A stretch of 64,000 nt of DNA from Schmidtea polychroa (lineage: Eukaryota): the NCBI GenBank assembly GCA_044892525.1, contig CM097885.1, forward strand, positions 29,638,001 to 29,702,000. The letters are read 5' to 3'. Numbering within the stretch: position 1 is the first letter of the stretch; every line of letters begins with the position of its first letter. Below the pieces are notes generated by a model. The model saw only the letters and a list, made by a program, of their open reading frames with translations, was not told the origin of the DNA and did not search any database. Positions 34,101 to 47,706 of this stretch are shown one piece after another. The translations under genes were made by a program, and so were the position numbers.

Positions 34101-35278
34101 GATTGTGGGTGTCCTTCAACATGAATGTTTACTTAAATTATGTAAACTTTCAACGAATGTCAAGAAAAATGGGAAAAACCGATGTTTTAGCAATTAGATA
34201 TTGTAAAGTACTACCTGAAGAATATTATTATTAATGTAAGACATGAATTAATTCTTTAAAATATATATATATTATATTTAGGTATCTGTGTTTTATGGTG
34301 GGAAATGACATTAAAAAGTATACCACAAATAACAGTTGCCTAATTTATCAAGCCTGTGACGATAAAATGTTAGATAATGTAAGTTATTTGCTTTTAAATC
34401 AATATAAATTTTAGCAATGATAGTTGACACCACATCAGAAACTAAGAAATATGTCCAATTCGCAAGATGTATTCCAAATGGCCCGATGGAGATGATAATT
34501 TTGAGATAGAATACCAGCAGAAGAGCGAGAAAAATTTGTAAATTAAATATAATAGGGTTGGGTGGGTCCTCTTTATCCCTTAATTAATATATATTTACAA
34601 GCTGATCGTCGTGGTGGGCGGTTGTAATCCAACTAGTGGGAGGCCTCTGTAAATATATATTTGTGTTAGTGAAAACATTAATTAATTTGGTTATAGTGCC
34701 AATGACGCATGTATTTTGAAATTATACGTTTCGAATGTGCTGGTAGTTGACTACCCATGCTAGGCGTAATGTTCCGTACGGAAAGCTATAATGCCCAGGT
34801 TCTTCTGACCCCACTTGGGGGAGGCACAGACGACCCTTGTGGACGCGAACAAATATCCACCGTGTCTTTCAGGCACAGATATTTGGTCACTGCTCATTAG
34901 ACCTGGCAATACTAAATGCATAAACTTTGCCTTGTCCTCTCTTGTCTTGATTTTTTTTTTCGTTTAAATATTAAAGTATGTGTGATAGGTTTTATTTACT
35001 AACCATAATTAATATACCCTTGCGATATGTTGAGTGTGAGTAGTACCTTTGTGAGCAATACCCATAGGGGGACAGAATATTTTGTCGGATAGACTAGGAG
35101 TATATACACCCATGTTAAACAAGGTATGTGTATATAGAATGTGTGTGTAAAATTATCGCTCCTTATTGACAACTTCCTGTAAAGGCAAACACAGAATACT
35201 GCAAACATAATAATACTCTACCCCATAACTTAGTATGTAAAAATTATTTAAGGTTTTTTCACTAATAATAATAATAAT

Positions 35279-35341
<63 letters not shown>

Positions 35342-35960
35342 GTTTAATGGGTTGTATATGTGTGTAAAAAATATTTGAGGTTTTCACGAATATTGATAAT
35401 AATAATGGTTTATGAGTGTTTTTATGTTTTTGACTAATATTTGCAATAATAATAATGGTTAATGGGTTGTGTGTGTGTGTGTGTAGAAAATATTTTAGGT
35501 TTTCACTAATATTGATAATAATAATTGTTAATGGGTTGTGTGAGTGTAAATAATATTTTAGGTTTTTGACTAATATTTGCAATAATAATAATAATAATAA
35601 TAAGTTTAATGGGTTGTGTGTGTGTGTAAAAAAAAAATAAAATTTTAAGTTTTTGACTAGTATTTGCAATAATAATAATATTGATAATAATAATTGTTAA
35701 TTGGTTGAGTGTGTGTTTTTATGTTTTTGACTAATATTTGCAATAATAATAATAATAATAAAGTTTAATGGGTTGTATATGTGTGTAGAAGATATTTTAG
35801 GTTTTCACTAATATTGATACAAATAATTGTTAATGGGTCGTGTGTGTGTGTGTGTGTGTAGAAAATATTTTAGGTTTTCACTAATAATGATAATAATAAT
35901 AATGGTTAATGAGTTGTGCATGTGTGTGTGTGTAAACCATATTTTAGAGTTTTCATTAAC

Positions 35961-36011
<51 letters not shown>

Positions 36012-36536
36012 TCCCGCGCGTGTTAATACTTTAAAAGAAAATATTGAAAATTTAAAAAATAATAATATTTATGCAAAGCATGTGCAATAATTATGTCTTT
36101 GTTAATTAAGTAAACTTTAGTATCAAAATACGTTTTTAAAATATATTTAAATTTTAAAATACCGCAACGTAATATATTTTGTTCTACCCCTTCATTGATT
36201 TAAGTTGGTCGGAATTTATTAATAATTATATTATACCCTTTGAGACATGTTGAATGTGAGAAGTACCCTTGTAACCATTACCTATGTAAGCAGTACACAT
36301 AGGGGGGCAGAATATCTTGTCGGATAAACTCTGACTATATATGATAATAATAATAATAACTCCCGTGCGTGTTAAAATAAATAATAATACTTTGAACTTG
36401 TATTTGAAAATAATTTACGACATGTTGAATGTGAGTAGTACCCTTGTGACAATTACCCATGTGAGTAGTGCCCTTGTGAGCAATACCCTTAGGGAGACAG
36501 AATATCTTGTCGGATAGATTAAGAGTATATATATTG

Positions 36537-36605
<69 letters not shown>

Positions 36606-38111
36606 CTTAGAAACTAAAAACTTAGAAAATAATAATTATTTTAATAAATGACCTTGAAAAGTAAATGACCTTGAAAAGTAAATGACCTTGAAAATTAAAT
36701 GACCTTGAAAAATTAAATGACCTTGAAAATTAAATGACCTTGAAAATAAAAAGATTACTTAATTAAAACAAAAAAATTAAATTAAAAAAAAATGACCTTG
36801 ACCTTGATGAGTCATATGACCTTGGGAATGACCTTGATGAGTCATCGTTCTAAAAATATTAGACATCGTTGGGTGAGTCATTGGGTGAGTCATTCTCTTT
36901 GTTAATATTAATGATGATGATACCTTCTATGACTCATTCGAAAGGTCTTGGACTGAGCTTTAAGATGAGGTATCGTCCAATAAATTCGGATAATGGGAAC
37001 ATTAATTTTTGGGATGAAAAAGAGTAGGGGCCCGCCAGACCACTTAATAATTATATGACCTTGAAAATGATTTTTGGTAAAATGTTAATAACTTTGTCAA
37101 TAATAATGATGATGATACCTTCATTAGCTCATTCGAAAGGTCTTGCATTGGGCTTTAAAATGAGGTATCGTCCAATAAAATCCGTTGGTGGGAACATTAA
37201 TTTTTGGGATGAGAAAAAGTATGTCACCACCCGGCCAATTAATAATATTTTGAATAATAATAATAATTTAACGTTGAAAAGATGGTGGTCATCAATTGTT
37301 AATAACTTTGTCAATAATAATGATGATGATACCTTCTATGAATCAATCGAAAGGTCTTGCATTGGGCTTTAAAATCAGCTATCGTTGAATAATTATCGTT
37401 GTCGGGAACTCTGTACATTTAAATTTTAAAATATGGCCTTGAAAAAATAAATGACCTTGAAAAAATAAATGACCTTGAAAAAATAAATGACCTTGAAAAA
37501 AATAAATGACCTTGAAAAAATAAATGACCTTGAAAAAATAAATGACCTTGAAAAAAAAATAAATGACCTTGACCTTGACCTTGAAAATAATATTTTGAAA
37601 AATAAATGACCTTGAAAAATGGTCTCGGTAAAACTTTAATAACTTTGCCGATGTTAATGATGATGATACCTTCTATGGCTCAATTGAAAGGTCTTAGACT
37701 ACGCTTCAAAATAAGCTATCTATTAATAAATTCGGATAATGGGAACATTAATTTTTGGGATGAGAAAAAGTATGTCCCCGCCCGGCCAATTAATAATATT
37801 TTGAATAATAATAATAATTTAACGTTGAAAAGATGGTGGTCATCAATTGTTAATAACTTTGTCAATATTAATGATGATGATACCTTCTATGGATCAATCG
37901 AAAGGTCTTGGACTGAGCTTTAAGATGAGGTATCGTCCAATAAAATCCGTTGGTGGGAACATTAATTTTTGGGATGAAAAAAAGTGTGAGCCCGCCAGGC
38001 CAATTAATTAAAACAAAAAATTAAAAAAAAAATTTTTTTTTTCCCGGGGGGGGGGAGGGGGTATATGTGGCGCGGGGAGCTCCTGATCTGGGGAGCTCAC
38101 ATCATACTACT
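31175..38111 (-). repeat. Right arm of giant inverted repeat (~6.9 kb)
   Basis: Reverse complement of 23592-30506 apart from a few SNPs and repeat-number differences. Confidence 0.97.
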
Positions 38112-38117
38112 CATTAA

Positions 38118-40497
38118 AAGTGCTATTTAACCATATCATAAAACAAAAGAAGATACCAATAAACTGGAAAACATTTATGACAAAACTAATTATAAAACCA
38201 GGAAAAGCCGAAGAAGCATCCAATCCATCTAACTGGAGACCGATAGCACTAATGCCAACGGCCTATAGAATCTTAATGAAACTACTAAATAAAAGATTAT
38301 TAAAATGGATCCATGACGGAAAGCTACTATCTCCATGGCAAAAAGCATTTTAGAAAAAGAAAACGGATGCGATGAGCACAATTTCATAATCAATTGCCTT
38401 ATGGAAAAAGCAAACAGAACAAGATACAAAGGCGAACAGATACACCTAGTATTCTTGGACCTCGCAGACGCCTTTGGCAGTATGCCACACGAGGTGATTT
38501 GGTACACATTAGAGAGAATGGGGTTAAATAAAAACACCATTGAACTAATTAAAAATAGCTACCAAGACTGCTTCTCAATATACGAAAGCGGCGAATCCAA
38601 ATCAGACAAAATTAAAATTGATAAAGGGGTCAAACAGGGATGCCCCTTGTCCATGACGCTATTTAGTCTATGTATAGAATTCCTCATAAAAGCTGTAGAG
38701 GATCTAAACAAAGGTGCCAAAATAGCAGAAACAAAAATAAGTATTCTAGCCTACGCAGACGATTTGGTACTAATCGCAAATAACAAAGAGGACATCCAAA
38801 TAATGCTTAACACCATATTCGAAGAGGCAAATAAAGCATGTCTAACCTCTAAACCTGCCAAATGTGGATATTTCAGTGAACAAGAAAACAATGATATCCC
38901 AATAATGATCAACAACCAGACAATTAGGAAAATCAACAACAATGAACTGTACACATACCTAGGAGTCAGAATAGGAGGACCTAAAAAAAGGAACTTAGAC
39001 CAACTATTCAAGGAAGCAATCACCTACTCTGAAAAGATATTCAAATCAAAACTTAAAGCATGTCAAAAAATAGAAGCATACCAAACATTTATACACTCCA
39101 AATTCGTATTCCCTCTCCAAGGAGAAGACATAAACAAAGGAAACATCGAAGAATACGATAACCAAATCCGAACAAGAATCAAAAAAGATGTTATTGACCT
39201 ACCTACAAATAGTCCATTTATGGATGCAATAATCTATTCCCCAAGAGCAAAAGGAGGTCTAGGAATAACAAAAGTCGCAGACGAGCAACTTATCCAGACC
39301 ATCGCTAGATACCTAAGGCTATTTAACAGTAGCCACATGGACATCAGAAGAATCCTAACAGAAGAAACAATTGATATTGCCAAGATCAGAACAAACCAGA
39401 CAATCTATACCATTAAAGACGCAATAAAATGGCTAGATAATACGCATACCAACTCAAAAAGGAACGACACAAAATACAGTTGGATCACTAGAATCAAAAC
39501 AGCAATAATGGGAATCATGAGAACCCATAAAATTGAGATAAAACTGTCCATTAATGAGGATGACCAACTAGAAGCAAGAGTCAAATGTGCTACTGAAGAA
39601 ACACCAGTAGAGGTCAAAGAAACGAATAAAATTTCAGCAACACTACACTGGATGATCAAAGAAAGCTATTTCAATAAATGGAAAGCAGCTAAATGCCAAG
39701 GCTACATCATAAGCCTCCCATATTCCAAGAAAATGGAATGGGAACTCCCACGGAACTTAGATGATTCAGATTGGCAATTCATAATAAAAGCACGTGCCAA
39801 CATGCTTGACCTAAGGAACAAGCAAGCAAACCAAGGAGGAAGACTAGCAGCAATAAACTGCAGGAAATGCGACTACCCAAGAGAATGCCAAGCACATGCC
39901 ATCAACCACTGTGACTATGGTAAAAACAGTAGAGTAACAAAACACAACGAAATCCAAAGATTGCTTACCGAATTACTCGAAACAAAAAAGTTAAATTACG
40001 AGACAGAAGCAATACCAAAAGAATCATCTGTGAACCTAAAACCAGACATCCTAATCAGAGGAGAATCAAAAAATACCATCATTGACATTAAATGTCCTTT
40101 CGATGACTAGGATACCATTGAACTGGCAAGAAACAAAAACCAAGACAAATATCGAAACTTGGCCACAGAGATCCAAAAGAAGTCTGAAAAACCTACCACT
40201 GTAGAAACATTTGTGGTGTGTTCCCTTGGAACCCGGGATAAGAGAAATAACGAAATCCTCAGAAAACTTCAATTCAAATTTGACGAATATTCAAAAAAAA
40301 AGACAAAATGATCAAAGCCGTAATCAAAGGATCCAGATACACATTTGACCAGCACAGGGGCTTCATGACCTGATGCTTTAAATATACCAGTGACTAGTTC
40401 ACTCAAGAATCCAGATATCCCACCTATTCTGTTTACAGAAAGGTTCTTAACTCATCCTTGTGATGACACTTTTTGTTATATTAATAAATATTTTGTA
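38118..40497 (+). pseudogene. Non-LTR retrotransposon, downstream part: RT, CCHC knuckle, restriction-like endonuclease, 3' UTR
   Basis: NWRPIAL, FLDLADAFGS, GVKQGCPLS, LAYADDL, YTYLG; CRKC..HAINHC; KHN..LKPDI..IIDIK. Frameshift near 38350, stop at 40108-40110, AATAAA at 40483. Confidence 0.93.
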
Positions 40498-40548
40498 TTT
40501 CTGACACCTCTTGCTACAAACTCTGTAAAAATCAAAAGGATCGATAGG
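40498..40548 (-). rRNA. 51-nt 28S rRNA remnant at the retrotransposon 3' junction
   Basis: TTTCTGACACCTCTTGCTACAAACTCTGTAAAAATCAAAAGGATCGATAGG resembles the antisense 28S sequence that normally follows ..CCTGTGGTAAC. Confidence 0.8.
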
Positions 40549-41072
40549 GAACAAAACCAATCAATGAATAAAACCATCAAATACATTGAACCAAGACTGG
40601 CAAACTTGCTTATCAATCGAAACTTGAGAACATTTCATAATGAAATCAAGATAGACTCCTTGATTGGATGGGAACTAATAATCTGGCTTATACACTGGAA
40701 CAACTGCCATTGGATTGTCTACCTTGCTAATTTCGAGGATAAAACCTCCATTATCTTGGATTCAGACAATCAGATGACAACATTGCAAAAGTGTTATATA
40801 AAAGACAGACTAGATAAATTCCTAGAAAATACAGTGGAAGAAAGAACCATCTTTAAATCACTTGAAAACAGATTAATTCCTCAACAATCAAACGACTATG
40901 ATTGTGGAACATATGTCCTTCAATTCATAGAGGACTTTGTGAATGAACCTGAAAGACTAAATTATCAGACTCCAGACTCAATTAGAATTAGAAACATAAT
41001 CGGGAAGCAGATTATGGAAGAATTAAAAGATGCCAAAAAGAATACACCAAAGAAGTCAAATAAAGAAATAGA
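40549..41072 (+). pseudogene. Ulp1-like protease fragment from another retrotransposon subfamily
   Basis: WLIHWNNCHWIVY..ILDSD..QQSNDYDCG. Confidence 0.85.
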
Positions 41073-44000
41073 CGAGAAGGGCATGCAGAAGCGAAAATAA
41101 AAAACCCAATCTATGCTCATACCAAATACAGAGATTATACTCAATAAACTCTGGCAAAGCGATAATGCAAATACATAATGAATCATGCAAGGTTATTGAC
41201 CTAACATCAACGTCAATGGACCTGCATTTTACAAAACCAAAGCCACCAAAAATACAGAACATGATTAATATTGCGGACAAAAGACCAGAATGGGAATCCT
41301 CAAAGCCTATTTCAGAGAAAGATGTATTCTTTGCAATAAAAAATAGCAAAGATACAGCGCCAGGAGAGGAAGGAATTCCGGTCAGAGCATAGAAAGAATG
41401 GATGCCTGAGGACCCATTGACTCCAATATTCAATAGAATAATCGAATCCAAAACTATCCCTGATTCTTGGAAAAATAATATAATTTAATGATTTAATTTT
41501 TTTAATTTTTTTATTTATTTTTAATTATATATAAGTTATTGATTAAACTGTTAATTATTTTTTTTACTATTAATTGGCATTTAGTTATCGTTGTTTTTCA
41601 TCTTGGATGCTGGTGGAAAGTTATTTAGGGCTTTTTCCAATTTCATTTGGACGAGGTTCTGAATTGTTCTGAATTTCGAATTTTTCATTGTTTTAAAATT
41701 CTTTTTCATTGAATTAGTTAAACTAAAAAAATGTATTTATATAACTGTTAGAGTTATTATAAATCTGTTGGTACTTCAATATTTTTTGTTAAAATATATT
41801 TGAAATTTTAATATATTTTTTATCTTTAAAATCATATTCTGATATAATTTTCTTTAAAGTTTGATATTTTAGATATATTTTTCATAAATATAATTGTAAC
41901 ATTCTAATTGTTTATTATCATCTTGATCTAAAATTTCAATATTATTATTATAATTAAATGTTTTTTTTAAATTTGGATTAAAATATTTTTAAATTCGATA
42001 TTTGACCTTCCATTTTCAAAAAAAATAATTAAATTTTAAAAATTGTTTTAACTTTTATTTCTAAATATTTTTATTGATATTTTTAAATTTAAATTTTTTT
42101 TGTATATTTTCAATTATTTTTAATAATAAATTAATTTTTATCATTTAAATTTTCTTATGATATTTATGACTTACATACACACTTACATTTTTAACTTTAA
42201 AAAAATACAAATAATTCAACTATAATTAAATAAACCCATTCTGCCAAAAAAAATTTTTTTAATTCAATATTTGAACTTTCAATTTTAAATAATTATTGTT
42301 TACATTTTAATTTCTAAAAATGTTTATCTTAGCCAAAAGATATTTTTATATTTTATTTGATTTTTGTATATTTTAAATTATTTTTAATAATAAATTAACT
42401 TTCTAATAAAAGACCCATATACTCTAATTTTGAGATATTAATCTTAGGCAATAGATATTTTTATATTTTATTTGTTTTTTGTAATTGCAATCATTTTTCT
42501 GGATGGAAGTTATGAATTCCAAAAACCTATTGACCAGCATAATGCAATACACTGGTTCAACTTCTTTATCAAAAGAACGATAGTCGGAGTACCAAGATCC
42601 TTCAATCTAAGGAAAAGTATACCATATCTTAATAAAAGCCAAACAGTTCCGCAGACCAATGTGGAAACAAATGGAGACATAACCAACCACTCTAACCTGA
42701 AAGGTCTACAATGCCGAGATATTAGTAGAAAAAGGAGAAAATGCTCAACTAATGAATCCGTAGAACATCAATCAAAGAGAAAAAATAATGAGGAAAATAC
42801 TGAACAACCAGTAAATCAGGAAGAAGAAACACATGTAACTCATCAAACCACAACAAGTCCCAATCAATCATTAAATGAACAAGCATGACGGGATGGGGAA
42901 AGGACAACAAGTGCAGTCCTACCCCCACAAGAAAATACTATCATTTCAACACTCCAAAACCCTGACAACCGTCTAATAGGAGGAACAATGCAAATCAAAC
43001 AAATTGAAGCTTCAATCGATCTAATAATTGACAATGAATGCAGAATAGTTTGTGCAAAAGAAGGTTGCAACAAAACCTATACTGATATCTTCCATGCTGA
43101 GCACCATTCCAGAAATAAACATAATCTACCTTCTGGAACAAGAACAAAGGTCAAATGTGTACAATGTGAGAACCCAATCGAAGGAGATCAAGTAAATGAC
43201 CATATCAACAACCACAAAGACGAAAGAAAAGAAGACCTGATTAGACAAATGAATATCATCCTACCAAATAAAAGAGATACGCCTTACGGACCATATGATC
43301 TACTATCACAAGCGGCGTTGGAAATATATATTAGGAATCTAATAATGTATGACAAAAGGGAAATAGCATACATTGGCCCCAGAGCATCAATATACCTTAA
43401 CAACAACAATAAACACGCTCTGCTCAAAGAAATACAACTGCACAACCTTGTCGGCTGGAAACTGGCAATCTGGCTCATCCACTGGAATGGTAACCACTGG
43501 GCAGTGTACCTAGCTAATAAAAACACTAGACAATCCATAATCCTGGATTCAGCTAACTCATTTACAATCAACCAAGAATTTTTAATGAAAAAGAATATGG
43601 ATTCAATTCTTAATACCGCATCAGAAGAGGATAAACCCTTCCTGAGATTGCAGATTGAGCATAAACCTACCCAATCTAACCAATATGACTGCGGCCCATA
43701 TGTACTACAATTCATAAAGGACTTTCTAAATAATCCTGAAAGAACTAGATACAACGAGCCAAACACGAAAGACATTAGAGAAAAAATATGCGAATTAATA
43801 ACGGAAGAATTAAAAAATAAAGATAATGGAATAAAACAAATCAATGATCCTGAAATCGCAGAGCTACTGAAAAAATTCTCACTACATCAATACACAATTG
43901 AACAGATCCTAGAAAATTTCAGAAGAATATACGAAAGAGACAATCTAAAACCAAAAAGAAATTCTAAACTAAAGATTCCAATGGCTAAATGCTCTTATCA

Positions 44001-45968
44001 GATCCAACGATTATATGCCATCAATCCTGGAAGAGCTATTAATGAAATAAACAAAGCCACTGATTCTACTCCAGAACTACAAACAGAAGTAATGAACATC
44101 TACTTCACCAGACAAAATCCACAAACAAATCCAGAAAATATTCTAATATCGAAAAGAACCGCTGACTGGATAACCGACAAAAAGATCAAAAACAAGGAAA
44201 TCACAATAACAATCAAAAGAATGGAAGATAAAGCACCAGGAGCAGACAAAATTCCTATACGACAATGGAAAACCTGGAACAAAGATAGGGCATTAAAAGT
44301 GCTATTTAACCATATCATAAAACAAAAGAAGATACCAATAAACTGGAAAACATTTATGACAAAACTAATTATAAAACCAGGAAAAGCCGAAGAAGCATCC
44401 AATCCATCTAACTGGAGACCGATAGCACTAATGCCAACGGCCTATAGAATCCTAATGAAACTACTAAATAAAAGATTATTAAAATGGATCCATGACGGAA
44501 AGCTACTATCTCCATGGCAAAAAGCATTTTAGAAAAAGAAAACGGATGCGATGAGCACAATTTCATAATCAATTGCCTTATGGAAAAAGCAAACAGAACA
44601 AGATACAAAGGCGAACAGATACACCTAGTATTCTTGGACCTCGCAGACGCCTTTGGCAGTATGCCACACGAGGTGATTTGGTACACATTAGAGAGAATGG
44701 GGTTAAATAAAAACACCATTGAACTAATTAAAAATAGCTACCAAGACTGCTTCTCAATATACGAAAGCGGCGAATCCAAATCAGACAAAATTAAAATTGA
44801 TAAAGGGGTCAAACAGGGATGCCCCTTGTCCATGACGCTATTTAGTCTATGTATAGAATTCCTCATAAAAGCTGTAGAGGATCTAAACAAAGGTGCCAAA
44901 ATAGCAGAAACAAAAATAAGTATTCTAGCCTACGCAGACGATTTGGTACTAATCGCAAATAACAAAGAGGACATCCAAATAATGCTTAACACCATATTCG
45001 AAGAGGCAAATAAAGCATGTCTAACCTCTAAACCTGCCAAATGTGGATATTTCAGTGAACAAGAAAACAATGATATCCCAATAATGATCAACAACCAGAC
45101 AATTAGGAAAATCAACAACAATGAACTGTACACATACCTAGGAGTCAGAATAGGAGGACCTAAAAAAAGGAACTTAGACCAACTATTCAAGGAAGCAATC
45201 ACCTACTCTGAAAAGATATTCAAATCAAAACTTAAAGCATGTCAAAAAATAGAAGCATACCAAACATTTATACACTCCAAATTCGTATTCCCTCTCCAAG
45301 GAGAAGACATAAACAAAGGAAACATCGAAGAATACGATAACCAAATCCGAACAAGAATCAAAAAAGATGTTATTGACCTACCTACAAATAGTCCATTTAT
45401 GGATGCAATAATCTATTCCCCAAGAGCAAAAGGAGGTCTAGGAATAACAAAAGTCGCAGACGAGCAACTTATCCAGACCATCGCTAGATACCTAAGGCTA
45501 TTTAACAGTAGCCACATGGACATCAGAAGAATCCTAACAGAAGAAACAATTGATATTGCCAAGATCAGAACAAACCAGACAATCTATACCATTAAAGACG
45601 CAATAAAATGGCTAGATAATACGCATACCAACTCAAAAAGGAACGACACAAAATACAGTTGGATCACTAGAATCAAAACAGCAATAATGGGAATCATGAG
45701 AACCCATAAAATTGAGATAAAACTGTCCATTAATGAGGATGACCAACTAGAAGCAAGAGTCAAATGTGCTACTGAAGAAACACCAGTAGAGGTCAAAGAA
45801 ACGAATAAAATTTCAGCAACACTACACTGGATGATCAAAGAAAGCTATTTCAATAAATGGAAAGCAGCTAAATGCCAAGGCTACATCATAAGCCTCCCAT
45901 ATTCCAAGAAAATGGAATGGGAACTCCCACGGAACTTAGATGATTCAGATTGGCAATTCATAATAAAA
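41073..45968 (+). repeat. Segmental duplicate of 20368-23591 plus 38118-39789, lacking the palindromic insertion
   Basis: Offsets are 20705 before and 6179 after the insertion; the difference 14526 equals 14520 plus the 6-bp TSD. Confidence 0.95.
42484..45968 (+). pseudogene. 3'-truncated non-LTR retrotransposon copy (ZnF-Ulp1-RT)
   Basis: ORFs 42988-44532 and 44514 onward; same frameshift (GCATTTTAG) as the first copy; truncated at WQFIIK before the CCHC and endonuclease. Confidence 0.92.
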
Positions 45969-46220
45969 TTCATAACAAATTCAACAATCGAAGAGGATGA
46001 AAACATCGCAACGGAATCAGAAATACAGAAAATTCACGAAAAAACCAATAAATTAGAGTCTGGAATACTGATGATGATGAAATGGATACAAACTCTAACC
46101 AATGAAATAAAAACTCTATCGGAAAAATTGGACAAATCGCAAAATGGGAATGAATCAGACGGAGGAATTCAAAGGAAAAGCTATGCCAAAATTGCCAAAA
46201 AATCAAATACAAATTTAAAT

Positions 46221-46450
46221 CTCAAAGAAAATAACAAAAATTTAAATTTTACGAATTATAAAAATTCAGAAAATCCAGAAAATCCAGATAATAATTTAAC
46301 TTTCAAAGAAAATAATGAAAATTTAAATTCTACGAATTATAAAAATCCAGAAAACCCAGAAAATTCTGATAATAATTTAATTTTCAAAGAAAATAATGAA
46401 AATTTAAATTCTACGAATTATAAAAATTCAGAAAATCCAGAAAATTTAAA
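46221..46450 (+). repeat. 81-bp (27-aa) Asn-rich tandem repeat, about 2.7 units
   Basis: KENNENLNSTNYKNPENPENSDNNLIF-type units start at 46224, 46305 and 46386; copies at ~56054-56283 and ~60167-60396. Confidence 0.9.
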
Positions 46451-46470
46451 AGATTTTAAAAATTTAAAAA

Positions 46471-47706
46471 ATGGAAAATCAATTAAAAATTTTAAAACTC
46501 AGTATACCTACTCCAAACACCGTGGCCTATATCAAACCAACGTGCGCCACGGACTTAATAGAAAATAATAAGGCTGGTCTCTACAGAAACATCCATATGG
46601 ATACAATCGTGGGCTCTGATAGGGTCGTATGGCTGATCCATTGGAATCTCTGTCACTGGTCAATATACCTAGCGGACAAAGAAAATAGGGAGTCGGTAAT
46701 CCTTGATCCTGATGACCAAATATCCGAATCAGAAAAAAACACAATAAAAGCCAAAATGGACGAAATTCTAAGAATGACCACACAAGAATACCAATTGACG
46801 AATACCCCAAACTATGACTGTGGGGTGTTCGTACTCCAATACATATCCGACTTCCTATCCAGTGACAGAGGGATCAGATTTACGACCCCAAACTCAATGG
46901 AAATCAGAGAGCAAATTAAAAATATCTTAATGGAAAATATAGACAAATATGATAGCCTAGCCTCAATCAAGAAAAATGAGGCTATTGAGGCTATCATAAC
47001 CAGCTTCCGCCTACACAAGACAAACATCGACCAATTCCTCAAATGGTTCACTGATTTATTCAATAAAGATCGAAAGCCACAAAGGAATCATAGAGATAAA
47101 ACATATACAATTACCAAATGCTCCTACCAGATACAGAGAATATTCACAGTGGCACCTGGTAGGGCTATCAAAGAGATAGACAGAATCCTGGAACCGGCTA
47201 CCGATTTAACAACAGCGGTGATAGACACATACTTCGAAAGACCCACTCCTCCAAAAATGAGAGAAAAACCAGCACCCATTAAAAGTGCTCCGGAGTGGGA
47301 AACAAATAAACCAATAACCAGGGCAGACATCGATGAAGCAATAATAAACAGCAAAGATGCTGCACCTGGTATGGACCAAATCCCACTTCGACAATGGAGG
47401 GAGTGGATGGCATTTGATGCGCTAACACCAATCTTCAACAAAATCCTGGAGACGCATCAAATTCCCGAAGTATGGAGAAAATATTTATTTGAATTAAAGA
47501 ATGAGAATCGTCAATTAAGTTTGGAAATGAAAAACATGAAGAAAATGATGGAACAAAAGATAAAATCAATTGAAACTTTAGAACAAATTATCAAAGACTC
47601 TGCCAAAATTTCTACAGAAAATAGGAAAACACAACCAAATTCAGATCAGATTGTGAAAATTCGAGAAAAAGAGCATTATTTAAACAAAGTGTGTGTTACA
47701 CATTAA
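46471..47706 (+). pseudogene. Chimeric 411-aa Ulp1-like/pre-RT ORF derived from retrotransposon fragments
   Basis: WLIHWNLCHWSIY..ILDPD..NYDCG; no RT core; copies at 56304-57539 and 60417-61652. Confidence 0.8.

Larger units (their letters stand above)
23592..38111. mobile_element. 14,520-bp palindromic non-autonomous Polinton-like element with 6-bp TSD
   Basis: Termini AGTAGTATGATGTGAGC / GCTCACATCATACTACT; CATTAA at 23586-23591 and 38112-38117; single CATTAA at the empty site 44291-44296; arms 23592-30506 and 31175-38111. Confidence 0.9.

Noticed and set aside
34270..34545. Captured spliced host exons within the palindrome arm (AG/GTAAG signals, short open frames)
   Set aside because: The splice combinations I tried gave stops and no recognisable protein.
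23592..38111. Palindrome as a chimeric-read or assembly artefact
   Set aside because: Clean 6-bp TSD, empty site in the duplicate, unique spacer and arm-specific differences.
40390..41100. 236-aa ORF as a host SUMO protease gene
   Set aside because: It reads through a 3' UTR and a 28S stub into a retrotransposon Ulp1 fragment and is intronless.
44514..46568. 684-aa RT fusion as a novel gene
   Set aside because: It is a rearrangement junction at ~45968 joining a truncated RT to another element's 5' region; the upstream frameshift and missing endonuclease indicate a dead copy.
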